64,000 nucleotides of DNA, taken from positions 38,524 through 102,523 of IMG/VR virus record IMGVR_UViG_3300028797_000094. One strand, written 5' to 3'. A program made the translations under genes and the position numbers. Shown one piece after another: positions 11,476-26,806 of the stretch; within the stretch, counting starts at the first letter, position 1; every line of letters starts with the position of its first letter. The notes under the pieces were generated by a model. The model was not told where the DNA came from. It made no database searches and saw nothing but the letters and a program-made list of their open reading frames with translations. The stretch comes from a virus (lineage: Duplodnaviria; Heunggongvirae; Uroviricota; Caudoviricetes).

Positions 11476-13317
11476 ATGTTAAAATTTAATAATGATCATA
11501 TTATAACTGGATATATTAAACAATTATTAGCAGATTTTAATCTTCCTAAATATAGAGTCTATACACAAGAAAATGCTAATTATTATAAAATAAATCATGA
11601 AGAGGATCAAAGCATTATTTCTACAGAACTTAGTGGTTTGCATCAAAGAATTGTTCCTTATATTAAAGATGATAAAATTCAATATTATATAGATGGTAAA
11701 TGAGTTTATGCTCAGCATACTTATAACTATAATAAAAAAGTTAAAAATTATACTAAAAATTTACAAATAAAAAATAATATTTATGATAGCTATACACATG
11801 AGTATCTTGGTAATTATTTAAGATTTCAAAGAGACTATAACAATATAAATTTAATGCCATTATATAATTGTTTTAGTAATAAACTTGTAGATAAATTAAA
11901 TATTAAATTTAATAAAACCTATTCTGCATTAGTTTGGCAAAAATTGACTGCTACTGATACTCTCGAAGATAATCAAGTTTATAAAATATTTTTGCCTCTA
12001 AATAATTCTTATGATTTAAGTAATCTTAATGGACTTAATTTAGATATTACTAGTATTGGATATGTCAATTTTGATCAAACTAGTACAGTGGTAGATAAAG
12101 CTGTTGGAACAACTTTTTTACCAACTATCTTACCCATTGATTTAGTAGATGAGTTTAACTTTGCAAATCTTCAAGCAGGACATGCAAGACTAATTATAGA
12201 TACTGCTATTACTGGCGACTATAATATTTATAATGGTGTTGAAGATGAGCATCCAGAAATGACTAAAAATGGCACTATTTATTTATATTATAATAATGCA
12301 CGATATAAAGTAATTGATAATACAGGACATAGTAGTGGAATTATAGCGACATTTGCAATTAGTAGCCAAACAGGTGAAAAAAAAGAAGAATTGAAAGCAC
12401 TATTAAAAAATTATTCTTATAAAGCTGTCCAAAATTATCTTACAGCTGAATCAGAGTTTTCTACAGAAGATGCTAATTATAAAATATATGCTGTTCCAGT
12501 TAAACTATTTAAAAACTATACTATTGCAATTGATAGTAATAAGCCAATTGAAATGTGCTGTGGAATTTATAATAAATATCTTGATGATAGAGATAAATTA
12601 AAATCTATATCAGCTCTAACATATAAAAAATATTCTATGACATATTTTGATAGACCTTTATTATATACAGCATTAACTGAGTTATACTCACTTATAAATA
12701 ATTCTTCTGAATCAGAAATTACAACAATTGATCAAAATTTAAAATTATTTATTAAGGTGCCTAATGACAATAAATCATCTATTGTTATATTAGAAGGAAA
12801 TTACACAAGTTTTAATAATAGATTTTGTTATGAAGATAGCCATCAAAATCTTATAGTCAAAACAAATAAATCTATACTTAATATGGAAGCACTTGACAAA
12901 TTATCAAGCATTACACCAATAACAAATTTACAATTATTAAAAATAAATACTGGTGAAAGTTACCCTTTTGCTGATAGATTAATTGAATATTTAACTGGAA
13001 ATGCAGTCACTCATATTGATTCAAATGCTGATAATATTAAGCGAGTAAATACTGCACTTAAAAGAAATAATATTGAAACAGATTTTCCAAGTGTATGAGA
13101 TCCAATTGCACAATATACTTTCTATGAATATATAACTAATACTAAAAATACATCAGATATTAATCATGATGTATTAGGCTATGTAGATAAAGATGTTGAA
13201 AAATATTATAGAACATATCAAGATAAGGCAAAAGAAGAACCTTGTACTTTATCTAATATAGATATCTATCCAGATATTTATAAAGATTCAAAAGTTAAAG
13301 TAAAGGAGACTAAGTAG
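11476..13317 (+). CDS. Hypothetical tail/baseplate-region protein, 613 aa (code 4)
   Basis: Track ORFs 11476 and 11854 in frame; ends TAG. Confidence 0.7.
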
Positions 13318-13318
13318 T

Positions 13319-13921
13319 ATGGCAACAATGAAAAAATTTGAAATGCCTGAAAACTACATCTATATTTCACATTTAGATGAAGGTTATCAATTCTGAAGAC
13401 TTCCTTTCTGACCAGACTCAATTAGTGATACTATGCGTTCTACTTTTGGTGAAACACAAGCTTTAGGTAGATCTGCGCCAGTTTATACTTTTAGTAATGC
13501 AGGTCCTAGACAAGTACAATTCCAAATTAAACTTCATAGAGATATGATGGATGATGTAAATATGAATTGAAGTAACGCTGCACTTGAAGACGGTGAAGAC
13601 TATTTAGATGCACTAATTAGAGCATTACAATCTATAGCTGTGCCTAAATATAACTTATCTAATAAAGCAGTTGAGCCTCCACTAATCGCAATTAAAATTG
13701 GTGATGAGGTATTTTGTAAAGGTATATTATCAAGTGAAATAGGTTTAACGAAAGAAAAACCAATTTTATCTAATAATAAATATGCACAATGTTCACTAAG
13801 TATTACAGTTTCTGAAATAGACCCCTATGATGCAACAACTGTTTATAAGAATGGCTCTTTCAGAGGTGTTGTAAATACCCTTAAAAAAGGAATGAATATT
13901 GGCGATGATAGAGGAGAATAA
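13319..13921 (+). CDS. Tube-initiator/baseplate protein (gp48/gp54-like), 200 aa (code 4)
   Basis: GRSAPVYTFSNAGPRQVQFQIKL; PPLIAIKIG; next to the LysM gene. Confidence 0.6.
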
Positions 13922-13923
13922 TA

Positions 13924-14253
13924 ATGGATATTTTAAAAAATAAAAGATACGAATCATATGATTATACTTCTCGTTATACTGGTGTACCTTATTATTATAA
14001 TACAGAAGACCAAAAAGATATATATGGAATAGGTAGTAATCTTTATAAGAATACTGCTTGGGTTGCACACAAAATTAAACAAGAAGATACATTAGATTCA
14101 TTAGCATTACATTATTATAATAATCCAACTTATTGGTGAATTATTGCATACTTTAATGATATACAAGATTCATTTATTAAACTAAGTAATCATTTTGATA
14201 TTATAAAAATACCAAGTATTTCAAGTATTACTTTTGGTAATGAAAGGCATTAA
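13924..14253 (+). CDS. LysM-like baseplate protein (gp53/gpX-like), 109 aa (code 4)
   Basis: IKQEDTLDSLALHYYNNPTYWWIIAYFN, with WW encoded TGG-TGA. Confidence 0.8.
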
Positions 14254-14255
14254 TT

Positions 14256-15563
14256 ATGAGCGATTTTAAACGACAATTGTTATCATCACAAGCTAGACTA
14301 CAAGTACCATGAGTCAAGGTCACTATTGGTGATTATACTTTTGGCGTTTTTAGTCGAACAAAATCTAAAGCAAAAAATAGTGATGATTTTTATACAGCAT
14401 ATAATGTTCAATACCCAAACTTTATACAGAGTTTAGAAATCATAAAAATTAATGGGCAAGTAAATCAATATACATTAAGTATTATTTATCCAGTAACACA
14501 ATTTGATGACCCAAACTTTTTTGAAAAAGTATTTAGCTCTGTAAGTAATACTCGTAAAATAGTATTTACTTATGGTGATGCTGCACAACCAACTTATGTT
14601 TATAAAGAAGAACAAGCTATTATAACAGGTGTTACTCAATCATTTGATTTAGCAAACTCTAAAATAAGTTATACAGTAAAAGCAGTCTCAAGTGCAAGTT
14701 TATGTACTACTGGTAGCTATTCATTTCCGCATAAATATGGCAAGCCAAGTCAAGAAATTAAAGACATTTTTAAAAATCCAACATATGGTTTAAAAGATGT
14801 TTTTACTGGAATGAGTGTAGGTGATTTAGATATGCTTATTGCTGGTGGCGATAAAGAAGTATATTTAGATTCAAAGATAAATATTTCTATTATTGATTAT
14901 ATTTCTTATCTTGTTAGCTGTATGGTTCCGGAAGGAAGTACATTAAATAATAGAAGTGATGAAATTTATATCTTAACACTTCATGATGACACTACTTATG
15001 ATCAATTATATGCTAATAGAAAAGTTATTAATGAACGTGAATTAGTTGGTCCTTACTTTATGGTTACTAAAACTAGTACTCGTATGGAGCAAAGTGATGC
15101 ATATGTTATTGATGTTGGTTATAATACCTCAACAATTGTAACAAACTTTAGTATTGATAAAAATGAAAACTATTCTATTTTTTATGAGTATCAAAAGAAA
15201 CTTAATCCAAATGAATATAGACAAACATTAGACGATAATGGAAATTGGAGTGAAATCTATGCACCTGCAATTTCATCTAAAAATAATGTACATAATTCAA
15301 CAGAAACCGATGATATAACTTGATGAACAAAAATTACTAAATACCCAATTAGTGCAACTATTGTTATTCAAGGATTACTACGTCCAGCACAATTAATGAC
15401 TTATGTTAGATTAAATGTAGTCTTCCCAGGTGGTCATAAACACATTAGTTCTGGATTATATATTATAACAAAGCAAGTTGATAAACTTGATGCAAGTGGC
15501 TATAGAACAACACTATCATTAACACGTATTTCAGGCGATAATGATACACAAGGTGTTTTATAA
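14256..15563 (+). CDS. Baseplate hub protein (gp27/gpD-like), 435 aa (code 4)
   Basis: C-terminal SGLYIITKQVDKLDASGYRTTLSL; position before the spike gene. Confidence 0.65.
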
Positions 15564-15636
15564 TAAAAAGTATAAAAATGCAATATGGGTCAAATTTTGA
15601 GCCTTATTTTGCAAATTAGAAAGGAGCCATTAATTT

Positions 15637-18600
15637 ATGGTAACTAAAGGCGAGATACAAAGTATTGATATATTAAACAATACGTGCACGGTGCGTATTC
15701 CACTTTTTGAAACTGCTGGTGTAAATAAAGAATTTATTACTAAAGCTACTATTGCAATTCAACCAGGTGTTTATAATGGTTATACTAATGGCGATATTGT
15801 TATGGTTGCATTTGAAGATGGTAGTGCAGATGCACCAGTAGTAATTGGAAAACTTTATCTTGGCTATGAAGAAGAAAATAAAAAAGCAGGACTTGGTGCT
15901 ATTAATTGTAGTACATTAGATGTTAAAGACTCTTTAACAATTCCCGGTAATACTAAACTTTCATTTAGTGCTACAGATAAAAAAACTGCTAATAATAAAG
16001 GCCTTAGTAATTATAAAACTATTGCAGATTTAGCTACTGCTATTAGTAACAGCAGTGAATCTAGTGGAAGTAATATTAGTGTTAGTGCTACTGGTACTGC
16101 TACTGAAAAAGTTAATTATATTACTATTGATGGTATTGAAAAGAAAATTGGTGGTAGTGCTGAACTCGGTGTTATTAGTTATAATGACTTAACTGATAAA
16201 CCAAAAATTAATGGTGTAGAAATTGGGGCAGACGTTCCTCTTGAAGCACTTGGTTTATCAGATGTTGCAATTACTGGCGACTTTTCATCTTTGAAAAATC
16301 ATCCAGATATGGAAGAATATGCTACAACTTTAGATGTAGAAACTGTTAATGATGCCATTAAAAAAATGACATTAAAAATGAATAAAGACAGTTTAAAAGT
16401 TAAAGGTGATATCGCAACTTTAAATGATACTGCAAGTAAACTTGAACTTGAGGCTGGTAGACTTGATTCTTTATGTAGTAGCAATACTTGAGCTATTGAT
16501 ACATTAAATAATGAGATAGAAAAAGTACATTCTGAATATTCTGATATAGAGCAAACTACAAATAAGATTGCTTTAACTGTTTATGAAAATGATAAGGCTG
16601 CTGGTGAAAGAATGTCTAAGATTGAGCAAACAGCAGATGAAATTAAATTATCAGTAGAAAATTATACAACTGGACAATCATCTTTAATTCAACAAACAGC
16701 TTCTAATATTAGAATGGAAGTTTCAGAAGACCTTAAAGATAAAGTTAATTCAAATGATAATAATGATAGAAATACTTTTGGCTGAAATATGACAACTGAT
16801 GGTGTTACTTTCTATGATGAATGTCATGATGTATTAAAAATTGATGAACGCGGTATTGAAGTTAGTGGTACTATTAGAGCTGATGCTGGTTTAATTGGTT
16901 GTCAATATAGAGTTGATTGAAATAAATCAAAAGAAACTGCAATATTTAATTCTTTTAAACCAAAACTTAAATGAATTTTTAATGGTGCATTTATAAATAA
17001 TGATAATAATCCACAACCATTAAATTCTATAACATTAAAAAATATTCAAAACTATACTTTTAAATATTCAAATGAAAATTTTACAAATAATACATTAAAC
17101 ATTAAATTTGATTATGACTTAGAACAAGAAGAATATCTTATTTCAAGCTGTAGCATTGGAAATATTCCATTATGTAATACGAATTTATTTATAGATGATA
17201 TTATTACAAATTATGATTCTTTTGCTATAAATGAAACTAAGATTATAATTGACTGTGCTGAAGAGCTATATACACCACCAATAAATTCTACTTCTGCAAC
17301 AACTACTCTTGGTAGTACTCGAACTTGTTATGAAGATGATGAAGGTGAAATATATACATCTCCAAGCACTAATCGTACATATGCTTATTATGAATATTAT
17401 CAAAATGAAAAAAGTCTAAAAATTTATTATGAAAAAGGTGCTAATAAAAAACTAACTGTGCTGGCTTCTTTTTCAGTCAATAATATAGATCAATTTGCAG
17501 TAAATGTTTGTAAAAATGCTTTTTTAGATAATATTAATACTGCTAATGAAAACTTTAAATCAGCACCTATAAAATTTTATTATTGTTTAAATAATATAGA
17601 ATTTGTCCCTGAATATGAGAATTTAATTACTGGTGGTATTATAGAAACAAAGCATGAAATTGCTCCTGCTATACCTGCAGTAGTTGGTCCAGGTAGCTGT
17701 ATAGATGTAACATTTAATCCAGGTGATAGAATATATGGTGATCTTTATCCAGTAATATATTCACGTCAACTTGATACAACTATTGATCCTGGCTATTTAG
17801 TAGATGCTTCTCATTATGTTTATGAAAGTAAATATGAAATTCCTGTTGATTCTTATATAGTTTATGGTGAGGATATTCCAATAGAAGAAGGCATGTCTTT
17901 ATATACTTTAGAAGTTACTGGACAAAATGCAGAATATGAAACAATAAAAAGCTATAAAGAATGACCACCAAAATTTTATTATTCTGAATATATTGATGAT
18001 ATTCCAACACCTGCACCTATTTATATTAAAACTATAGCAGAACATCCAAAACAACATTTATTTGATATTACTACTAATACTATTACATTTTACCTTGATA
18101 TTAATGATCCAATAAGCAACTTGATTTATAATCAAACATATGAATTACCTATTGGTGAAGCAATTTCTAGTATTACTTTAGTAAAAGATGAAGACCATAC
18201 GGGTTTTCATATTGGCTCAGAGAGTATTTGGAATAATAAAAATTCACTTATGGCAGATGAAGATGGCATATATCTTGGAGCAAATCCAGATATGACAAGT
18301 GCTAATAGAGGAGGTATTAGCTTAGGTAAGTTACAGCCATATGATTCAATGAAGCCAGAAGATCTTATTACATATAAAGGTAAAAATCATAGTACTTTTG
18401 AAGTTTGACCTGATGGAACTTTATTTGCTACAAAAGGTTATATTAGTAAAGACTTAATTGTTGGCGAAATTGAAACCAAACGAATTGTTGTTAAAGATAG
18501 TAATACAAATATAATGTTTAAGGCTGATGGCCGAGAAAAAGATGAAAATGGCTATCCAATTGATGATAATGATAGGGTTCTAATAGGTGGCTTTAAAGTT

Positions 18601-20655
18601 GATAAAGATACTATTATACATGGTACTTGACCAGGGGCTTCTCCAACTTCAACAGGATTTAATGGATTATTATGAACCTCTGATAAAAAAACTGGTTATA
18701 TTGATGCTGGAACATTATATAATACTGAAGTTATTTCCCCAAGTAATAATAATTGATATAAATTAAGTGATGCACCAACAGATCGTATTGAACAAGACCA
18801 CTTATTTAGATTTAATCAAGATGATAATCCGACTAATATATATTGTAATTGTGCTGTTCTTTATAGTTTTACTAATAATTATCATAAGCCAAAAACAGAT
18901 AAAGGGACATATACACAATATTTAAGCACTTGTCTTCCACTTTACAATCAAAGTACTCAAACAGTAACTATACAATTAATTATATCAAGACCAAACTTAT
19001 GAATTTATTGATCTGAACAAATAGCACAAAATAATTTTAAAGATATTCAGGGCTTAAATATAAAAATTTCTCAATTAACATTTAAAATAAAACCAAAAAG
19101 TAATTATAGTTATGATGATACAATGGAAGCTATTCGTAATACAAAACTTAGTATTAGTTTTAGTGAAATATATTTTGATGGCGGTTGAAAGTTTAAAGAC
19201 TTAGAATATAGAGTTAGTAGAGCAATAGCAGGCTTTGATTATATTAGTCTTGCAGATAATCCAGACTTTAAAATTTATAGAGTTATTTATGGCAATTTAT
19301 ATAAAAAAAATTATACTGCTGATTATACTGCATATTTAAATAGCTGTACTGGTAAATATTATTTAGGTAATGGTTATAGTACTGGCAGTAGATGAATCTT
19401 ACCAGCTAAATCAATTACAACTGCAAGTAACACTGAGTTCTGTGCAATATATACAGAACATTATTTACCAAATGACTGAGCTTTTGCTATAAAAAATAAT
19501 TTTGGTATTACGACTGATGGTATTGCATATATGGCCAACTGTAAAGTTAATGGTGATATTACAGCAAATTCTGGTAAAATTGGCGCATTAACTATTACTG
19601 AAAGTCAATTAACTGGACAAAATTATAATTTAGATGAGCTTGGATTAGATTTTAATGGTAATAGTAGTGATGATAGTGGAATTTGATTAAGAAATGGTGC
19701 AAAATTACGAATAATAAACTCAGATAATGCTGAGCTATCACTTGGTCTCGATAATTCTGATAATAAGCAACCTGTAATTTCAAGCAGTAATGGTGGTGCA
19801 ATTACCTTTGAAAATATAGCAAATAATACTAAAAAAACAATAGTAATTGTTGGAAACCCTAGTACAAAGAAATTTGCTTGAGCTGAATGAGGCTGAAGAT
19901 TTTGATATCGTTTACAAAGTACAAAACTCAATCAAAATTTAGCCCTTGAACTTGTAATATCTTATGGTAAAAGAAGTACTTATACAAAAAATATTATAAT
20001 TCCAGCCAGCGCAGATATTGATAGAAACTATGCTATAGATATAGATGCATATGAATTATCCGAGTATACGGTAAATGGTTTTTGAGTTAATTTAGACGGT
20101 TCAGATGGCACCTTATGTGGCTATCCTGACAGTGGTCGTAGTGATAATGCAAAACAACATATTATTACACATATGGCTAATAATAAAAACATTAAAATTA
20201 CTGGAAATTTAATTCCGGCTGAAAGTAACTGTAATTTAGGTGCAAATACTGATACTGGAAAATGAGATAATGTTTATGCAAATTCTGGTCCTTGGGGTGG
20301 TAGTGATAGAAATATTAAAAATTCTATTAATAGCTTATCAAATGCTTACGAACAAATTTTTGATAATTTAAAACCAGTATCATATAAGTTTAATAATGGA
20401 ACAAGTAATAGAACTCACGTTGGTTTTATTGCACAAGATGTTGAGCAATCAATTTTAACTGCTGGTTTAACCACTAAAGATTATGCTTGTATTGCATATG
20501 ATACAAAAGAAGATCCTAAAACAGGTGAAACTATTAAAGAGAACTATATGCTTCGTTATGAAGAATTTATAGCTCTTAACACAGACCAAATTCAAAAGCT
20601 TAAAAAAGAAGTTGCTGAATTAAAGGCTGAAATACGAGCATTAAAAAATCAATAA
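15637..20655 (+). CDS. Baseplate spike (gp5/gpV-like N-terminus) fused to a long fibre with C-terminal peptidase S74 chaperone, 1672 aa (code 4)
   Basis: N-terminal GDIVMVAFEDG..PVVIGKL; C-terminal KWDNVYA, SDRNIKNSI, GFIAQDVE and coiled coil; frame checked open except about 21 TGA. Confidence 0.75.
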
Positions 20656-20699
20656 AAAATAAGAAATACTTTTATTTTTAATAAAAGTATTTTTTTATA

Positions 20700-20717
20700 T
20701 TTGCTAAATTATATGAT
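20700..20717 (+). promoter_or_regulatory. Class III (late-type) promoter
   Basis: TTTGCTAAATTATATGAT after a hairpin/T tract. Confidence 0.75.
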
Positions 20718-20736
20718 CAACAAAAAGGAGACTTAT

Positions 20737-21123
20737 ATGCGTAGTATAAAATTTCCAAAAATGTTTAATACAAATAGTACAAACGTTTGAAAATCAAATG
20801 AATATTTAGAAGCAACTAAACAAAATACTATTACATTATTACAATGTGAACGCGGTGAATTATTTGGTGATCCATATTTTGGAATTCTTCTAAAGCATTA
20901 TTTATTTGAACAAAATAACATTGTTTTAAAAGATGCTATTATTGATGTAATTTATACACAACTTGCATTATTCTTACCACAAGTAAAAATAAAAAGACAA
21001 GATATTGATATTATTCAAGATAAAGAACGTGGAAAATTATATTGTAAATTTCATGGAATAAATCAAATAGATTATACAAATAATATGTATAGTCTAGTAA
21101 TTTTTGAGAATAGCGATATGTAG
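20737..21123 (+). CDS. Baseplate wedge protein (gp25-like), 128 aa (code 4)
   Basis: RGELFGDPYFGILLKHYLFEQN. Confidence 0.85.
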
Positions 21124-21137
21124 GAAGGTGATTGATA

Positions 21138-24100
21138 ATGATTACAAAAAAAGAAATACAAGCTACACAACTATCAGCAACTAAAAAAGATTTCTATCAA
21201 ATTTGAAATGAACTATTAGAAACTGCTGGAAAAATTAGTGAACGCTGGGATCCAGCTTCAACTAATGAATCAGACCCTGGTATTGTTTTATTAAAAGTTT
21301 TAACTGCTATTGCTGATAAATTAAACTATAATATTGATAAGAATATTTTAGAAGCATTTATGCCATCTGCAGCACAAGAAGAGTCTATGAGAAAACTTTG
21401 TGAAATGATGGGATATAATATTAAATATTATCAATCAGCTACTACTGATGTTGTTATTAAATTTGTCGGTGATTGATATAATGAAAATGAAAAAGCAAAA
21501 TATCCTAATGGTATTTTAATTCCAAGATTTACTAATATTAAAAATGAAGATGATGATGTAAATTATGTTACATTAGAAAACTTTTATATTACAAAAAAAG
21601 ACCCTGATGAAATTCTAAGTGTTCCTTGTATTGAAGGGCAACTTGTACAATGTGAAACAAATATTAATAATATTATTTCATTAACTCATTTAGATGACAA
21701 TTTTAGATATTATTTGCCAGAAACACAAATTGCTGAAAACGGTATTTTTATTAGAAACTTAGATAATAATGTTTTTTCAGAAGAATGAAAGAAAGTTGAT
21801 AATCTAAATACACAAGAATTAAAATCAAAAGTTTATAAATTTGGTTTTGATTCTAAAGCAAGATTGCCTTATGTTCAATTTCCAGAAGATATTAGTTACT
21901 TAATTGAAGATGGTTTATATATTGATTATATTAGAACAAGTGGTGCTAATGGAAATATTAGTGCAAAAACTTTATCTAAGCTAACAGACTTTACTGGCGG
22001 TGATAAAGAATATTATGAATTTAATGCAGATGATTGAAGTGTATCAAATCCTTCCGCAACTAAAAATGGAACTAATATTGAAACATTAAATCAAGCTTAT
22101 AATAATTATAAGAAAACAGTTGGTACTTTTGATACATTAGTTACTTGCCGTGACTATATGAATAAAATTTATCAATTAACAACTGATGATGCAAATACTA
22201 CACCATTAGTTTCAAATATTAATGTAACTGATGTTAGAAATGATATTAACAGATCTATAACTCTTTGTACATTTAATGAACATGGAATTAATTATAAAAC
22301 TATTCCACAAGTAGATAATGGTAAAGAAAAAATTACACATTTTGATTTAGTACTATATCCATTTAAAACTATTTATAATATTACAAAAAATGAATATAAA
22401 AAATCATTTACTTATGATACAAATAATTATTATGAAATAATTTCTGACTTAGAAAATTATAAAACTATTTCACATAATATTTGTCTACCAAATCCAGATG
22501 AATTAGTTTGTATTAAAAACTATATTAATATTAATGCAGAAATTGTTACTACAAGAAAAATAAATTATGCAGAAGAATTAGATATTTTAGATAAGGTTAA
22601 AACCGCTTTATATACTGAATTTAATATGCGAAATATTGACTTTGGGGAAGAAATTCCTGAAGAAGAAATTATTAAATGTATTCAAGAAGCAGACACTCGT
22701 ATTAAATATGTATATAAAACAAAAGCTTTTGATATCTATACTAAATTTGTATTAGCAAATGGAACCGAATTAGACCTTTTAACAGACAATATTGTAAAAG
22801 AAAAATTAGATAAATTAATTTTACAAAATGTATTAGCTGGAAGAGTTTCATTATTTAATCAACAAAATATTTTAGGTGCCTCATTTACTGAAGGTAGAAA
22901 AAATATTTATCCTGATGATAAAAGTAAACAACTAATTGGATTAATGCCAAAACTTAAAATTAGCGAAGGAGCTTCAAATTTACAATTAAAAGCTAATGAA
23001 GTAATACAATTTAGATTACCAAATTATAAAACTACTTTGACTTATCCAGCATATACTAATTATTTTATAAAATTAAATACTGATCATTATGAAGAGGCTG
23101 TAGCTGCTTCATTTAAGACACTAAAAGAATTTTTAGAGACTGATGATTATGCTATACAAGCAATTGAAAAAGATGCTTTACGTAGTACAAGTTTAGCTAC
23201 AATTAGTAAAGATTTAGATGATGCAACATTTAAAAATATACTTACTAAATATGGCTTTTTATTTAAAAAGACTGATGATGTTTATACAAAAATAACTGTT
23301 AAGCCAGCTGTAAATACAGAAGCTTATTATTTAGTTTTAAATAATGATAATTTAGCAGCTTGAAATTCGTTTTTACAAGATTCTACAAATGGTTTAGGAC
23401 ATACAGGCTATTGTATTTATGATAGATATAGTCATAATTTAAATTATCCTATTGGCTATTTAGTAGATGAAAGTCACCACAAATTCAGAAAAGCTGCGAC
23501 AATAGTAACTGGTACAAACTCTGCTATTAATAATTACTATATACAAAATCCAAATCCAGCTATTACTGGTGATACGGGTTTAGGAAAGAATTTATCAACA
23601 GGAAATATTAGTTTAAAAGATACTGAATATCAATTAACTGGAAATGAAATTTTATATGTAAATTATACACCTGCTACTAAAGCAGACGATGGCAGCACTA
23701 CTACTGGTACACCTGTTTATAAGTATTATGGTAAAGGTACTATTATTAGAGCAAATTTTGACTTAGTTGATAGTAATACTTTACGTACTACTGGTAAAGA
23801 TTGAGCAAAAAAGAATGTAATAGATTTATTTAGTTGCGCAAATGATGATGATCATATAGCTAAATATGGTGAAACTTTACCACGACTAAGAAAATTAAAA
23901 GAAAATGAAGACGATACTGAATCTGGTATGTATAGTCTTAGTGCAAGTGAACAAATTGAGATTATTGAACCTGTTGAAGTTAAATTAGAAAAACCTTGTT
24001 ACATTAGCTGAACACTAAATAATCCAAAGATAATTCCAAACACTAAAACACAAACAATTCCATTTAATGATGTTTATGATGAAACTACTCATAAACTTGT

Positions 24101-25580
24101 AAAAACTTCTTATATATTGCAAGAAAATGAATATGTTTATTATACAAATAAAAATAAAGAAGATATTGCAATTTATGGCTGTGGAACAGAAATTATTAGA
24201 AGTAATACTTCTTTAGAACCTGCTATAAATCAAGATACTAAATATTCAGCAGAAGATATCATAGAAAAAGGCTTAGGCGGTGTATTAGACTGAGCTTATT
24301 GTAATTTTGATAAAACTAATGACTATTTTACTTTAAAAGAATATAAGTATTTAAATCTAACTAGTGGTGATATTATAGTTTCTGCTAATTTAACTTCAGC
24401 AAGTAATGCTAATGTTGATATTATTACTGAAGATATTACTGATACTTGACGACCTTGCTATAAAGCAACTTATATTATGGATGGAACACAGCAAGATATT
24501 CCAGCTGTAAAATTATACAGTGATGCTACTTTTGATGAACATATTACATGAGAAGTTAGAAGCAAACTTTGCTTAGATTTTAATTCAAGTAAAGCACAAG
24601 TAATTAGAAAAAACACTGAAGCACTTATTGAAGATTTTATAGAACTTGAATATCTTGGAAGTTCTGGACATTTATTTGATAAGGTTGAAGCAGAATATCA
24701 AGCACAAAGTGATGAGGCAGAACAAATTAATACAATTAAAGCAAACTACCCATGTACATCTACTTTAGATTATATTGATGTAAGTATTAATGAATATGAT
24801 AGTGATGGCAATATTAGTAAAGTTATTAATGATTTTAAATTAAAAGCTTATGAAGATATTCCTGTTGTTACTGAAAATAATATAACTATACCATTAGAAA
24901 ATTTTGGTAATGGTTTATTTACTAAGCTTGATTTTTCACAATATAAACCAGCAACAGTAGTGTCTAGTAGACAAAAAACAACAGAATTAAAAATTTCTGT
25001 CAGTGATAATGAAGTTGGCTTAATATCATGATATTATGTTAATGGTGACGCTAATACTAATACTTATGCTTATTTAAAATTTAAAAAGAGAGACGGCGAC
25101 TACTTTGAGCCAGTACTTTATAATTCTATAAATAGTAATAATTTTATTGAATATAATGAAGAAACAAATGAATGTCGTATTTTAAATGAAAAATTAGCAA
25201 TATTTAAATTTACTAAAGGTGATTATATTATTGAAATATATCCAGATGCTTCTAATACTACAAGTATTTTCTTTAGTAATCTAAGTTTAATTCAAGAAAT
25301 AAATGGCTCAATTATAAATGAAAACTTAGGACTATCTAATACTAATATTGATAGTATAAATAATATTATTACAAGTTTAATTGGAAATAATAATTTCTTT
25401 TATAATTGTCCAATAGCAAATTCCACTGCTATATCATTAAATACTGTAGTTGGCCATAAAATGACTGACCCACACATTTGATATGATTATAATAATATTT
25501 GTAATAACTTTGTTATTTCAGAAATTGACGCTGACTATTTAGAAAAAGGTATTACTATTAGTCCAACATCTAAACTATAA
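21138..25580 (+). CDS. Baseplate wedge protein (gp6/J-like), 1480 aa (code 4)
   Basis: SDPGIVLLKVLTAIADKLNYNID..EAFMPSA..MGY; TLVTCRDY. Confidence 0.8.
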
Positions 25581-25591
25581 GGAGTTAGTAT

Positions 25592-26269
25592 ATGATTAAA
25601 TTAGAAAATCTAACACCTGAAGTTTATTATAAACAATCAAGAGACTTTCAATTTATAGGAAGACTTTATGATTTAGTTTTAAATTCTGTTAAAACTAATT
25701 CAGATTTACTTTATAGTCTTCCTATAAGTGATAACTCTAATGATGAATTTTTAGATCTAATGGCAATGACTTTAGGTTTTAAAGCAAAGCATAATTATAA
25801 TACAAATCAATTACGCGCTATTTGTGCAAGCTTACCTAAGATTATGAAAAATAAAGGTAATGTTCAAGCAGTTATTCTTGCTTGCCAAGCTTTATTAAAT
25901 TCAGAGGGAATTACGCATCCACTTGATTATGAAGTAAGTAGAGATAATTTAAACTTAGATTTATTTATCCCACAAGATTTAACTGATATAAATCTATTAA
26001 CTGATTTATTAGATTATATCTTACCTGCTGGAATGTTATGCAATATTACGAGAGAATTTAGATTACATAGTGAAGCACAAACTTTAATTGGTATTAAGTC
26101 TGAAGTTAATTATTATAAGGCACTTTCAGAAAATGTATCACATGTATTCAAAATAGAAGATCTTCCAAATTGACTTGAAAGAATTAAAAGTATTGATCCA
26201 CTTGAAAATACTGATGGTACAATTATAAATAGTACTGTTTGAAAGAAAAAAGGAGAAGACCATGATTAA
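25592..26269 (+). CDS. Baseplate protein (P2 gpI-like), 225 aa (code 4)
   Basis: FLDLMAMTLGF..KNKGN..ILPAG; follows the gp6-like gene. Confidence 0.6.
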
Positions 26270-26804
26270 TAATGAAATTGGTTATGCAGGTAAAGTTACT
26301 GTAACTGCAGTACATGGCAAGAAAAAGATTAAATCAGCAACATTTCATAATAAAGGAACTATTTATTTATTTAAGTTTCTTTGTTATTGTTTAGCTGGCG
26401 AATTTTCAGCTGCTTATAATATGCGTCCGCAAAAAATACAGCTATTTTATAATCATTCAAATGCAACCAATCCAGATGAAACTCTTAGTAATTTAGAAGA
26501 ACGTTCAGCTAAGATTCAATCTAATACTGATGCAGTAGTTAAAGATGAAACTATTAGTAATAATGCTAAATATTCTGTAACATTACACTTTAGAATTCCT
26601 TTTGCCTTCTTAACTGGAACTAATATAAATCATGCTGTTCTTTTTGATGCTTATGATAACGAGTGTGCACATTTTAGTTTTACAAAAACAGATCCAGAAA
26701 CTGAAACAAAAGTATGAGATAATTTAACAGATGGTTTAAATCAAGACTATACTTTAGTAATAGAATGAAAAATGATTATTGATAATCAAAATGAAGGAGC
26801 TTAA
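26262..26804 (+). CDS. Tail fibre attachment/collar-like protein, 180 aa (code 4)
   Basis: Ends YTLVIEWKMII; precedes the fibre gene. Confidence 0.5.
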
Positions 26805-26806
26805 TT

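Noticed and set aside
6805-20265. TGA as Gly (code 25) or selenocysteine
   Set aside because: Motifs require Trp (WGNRT, YWWIIA, KWDNVYA, WTLYGCW); tandem TGA-TGA is not Sec-like
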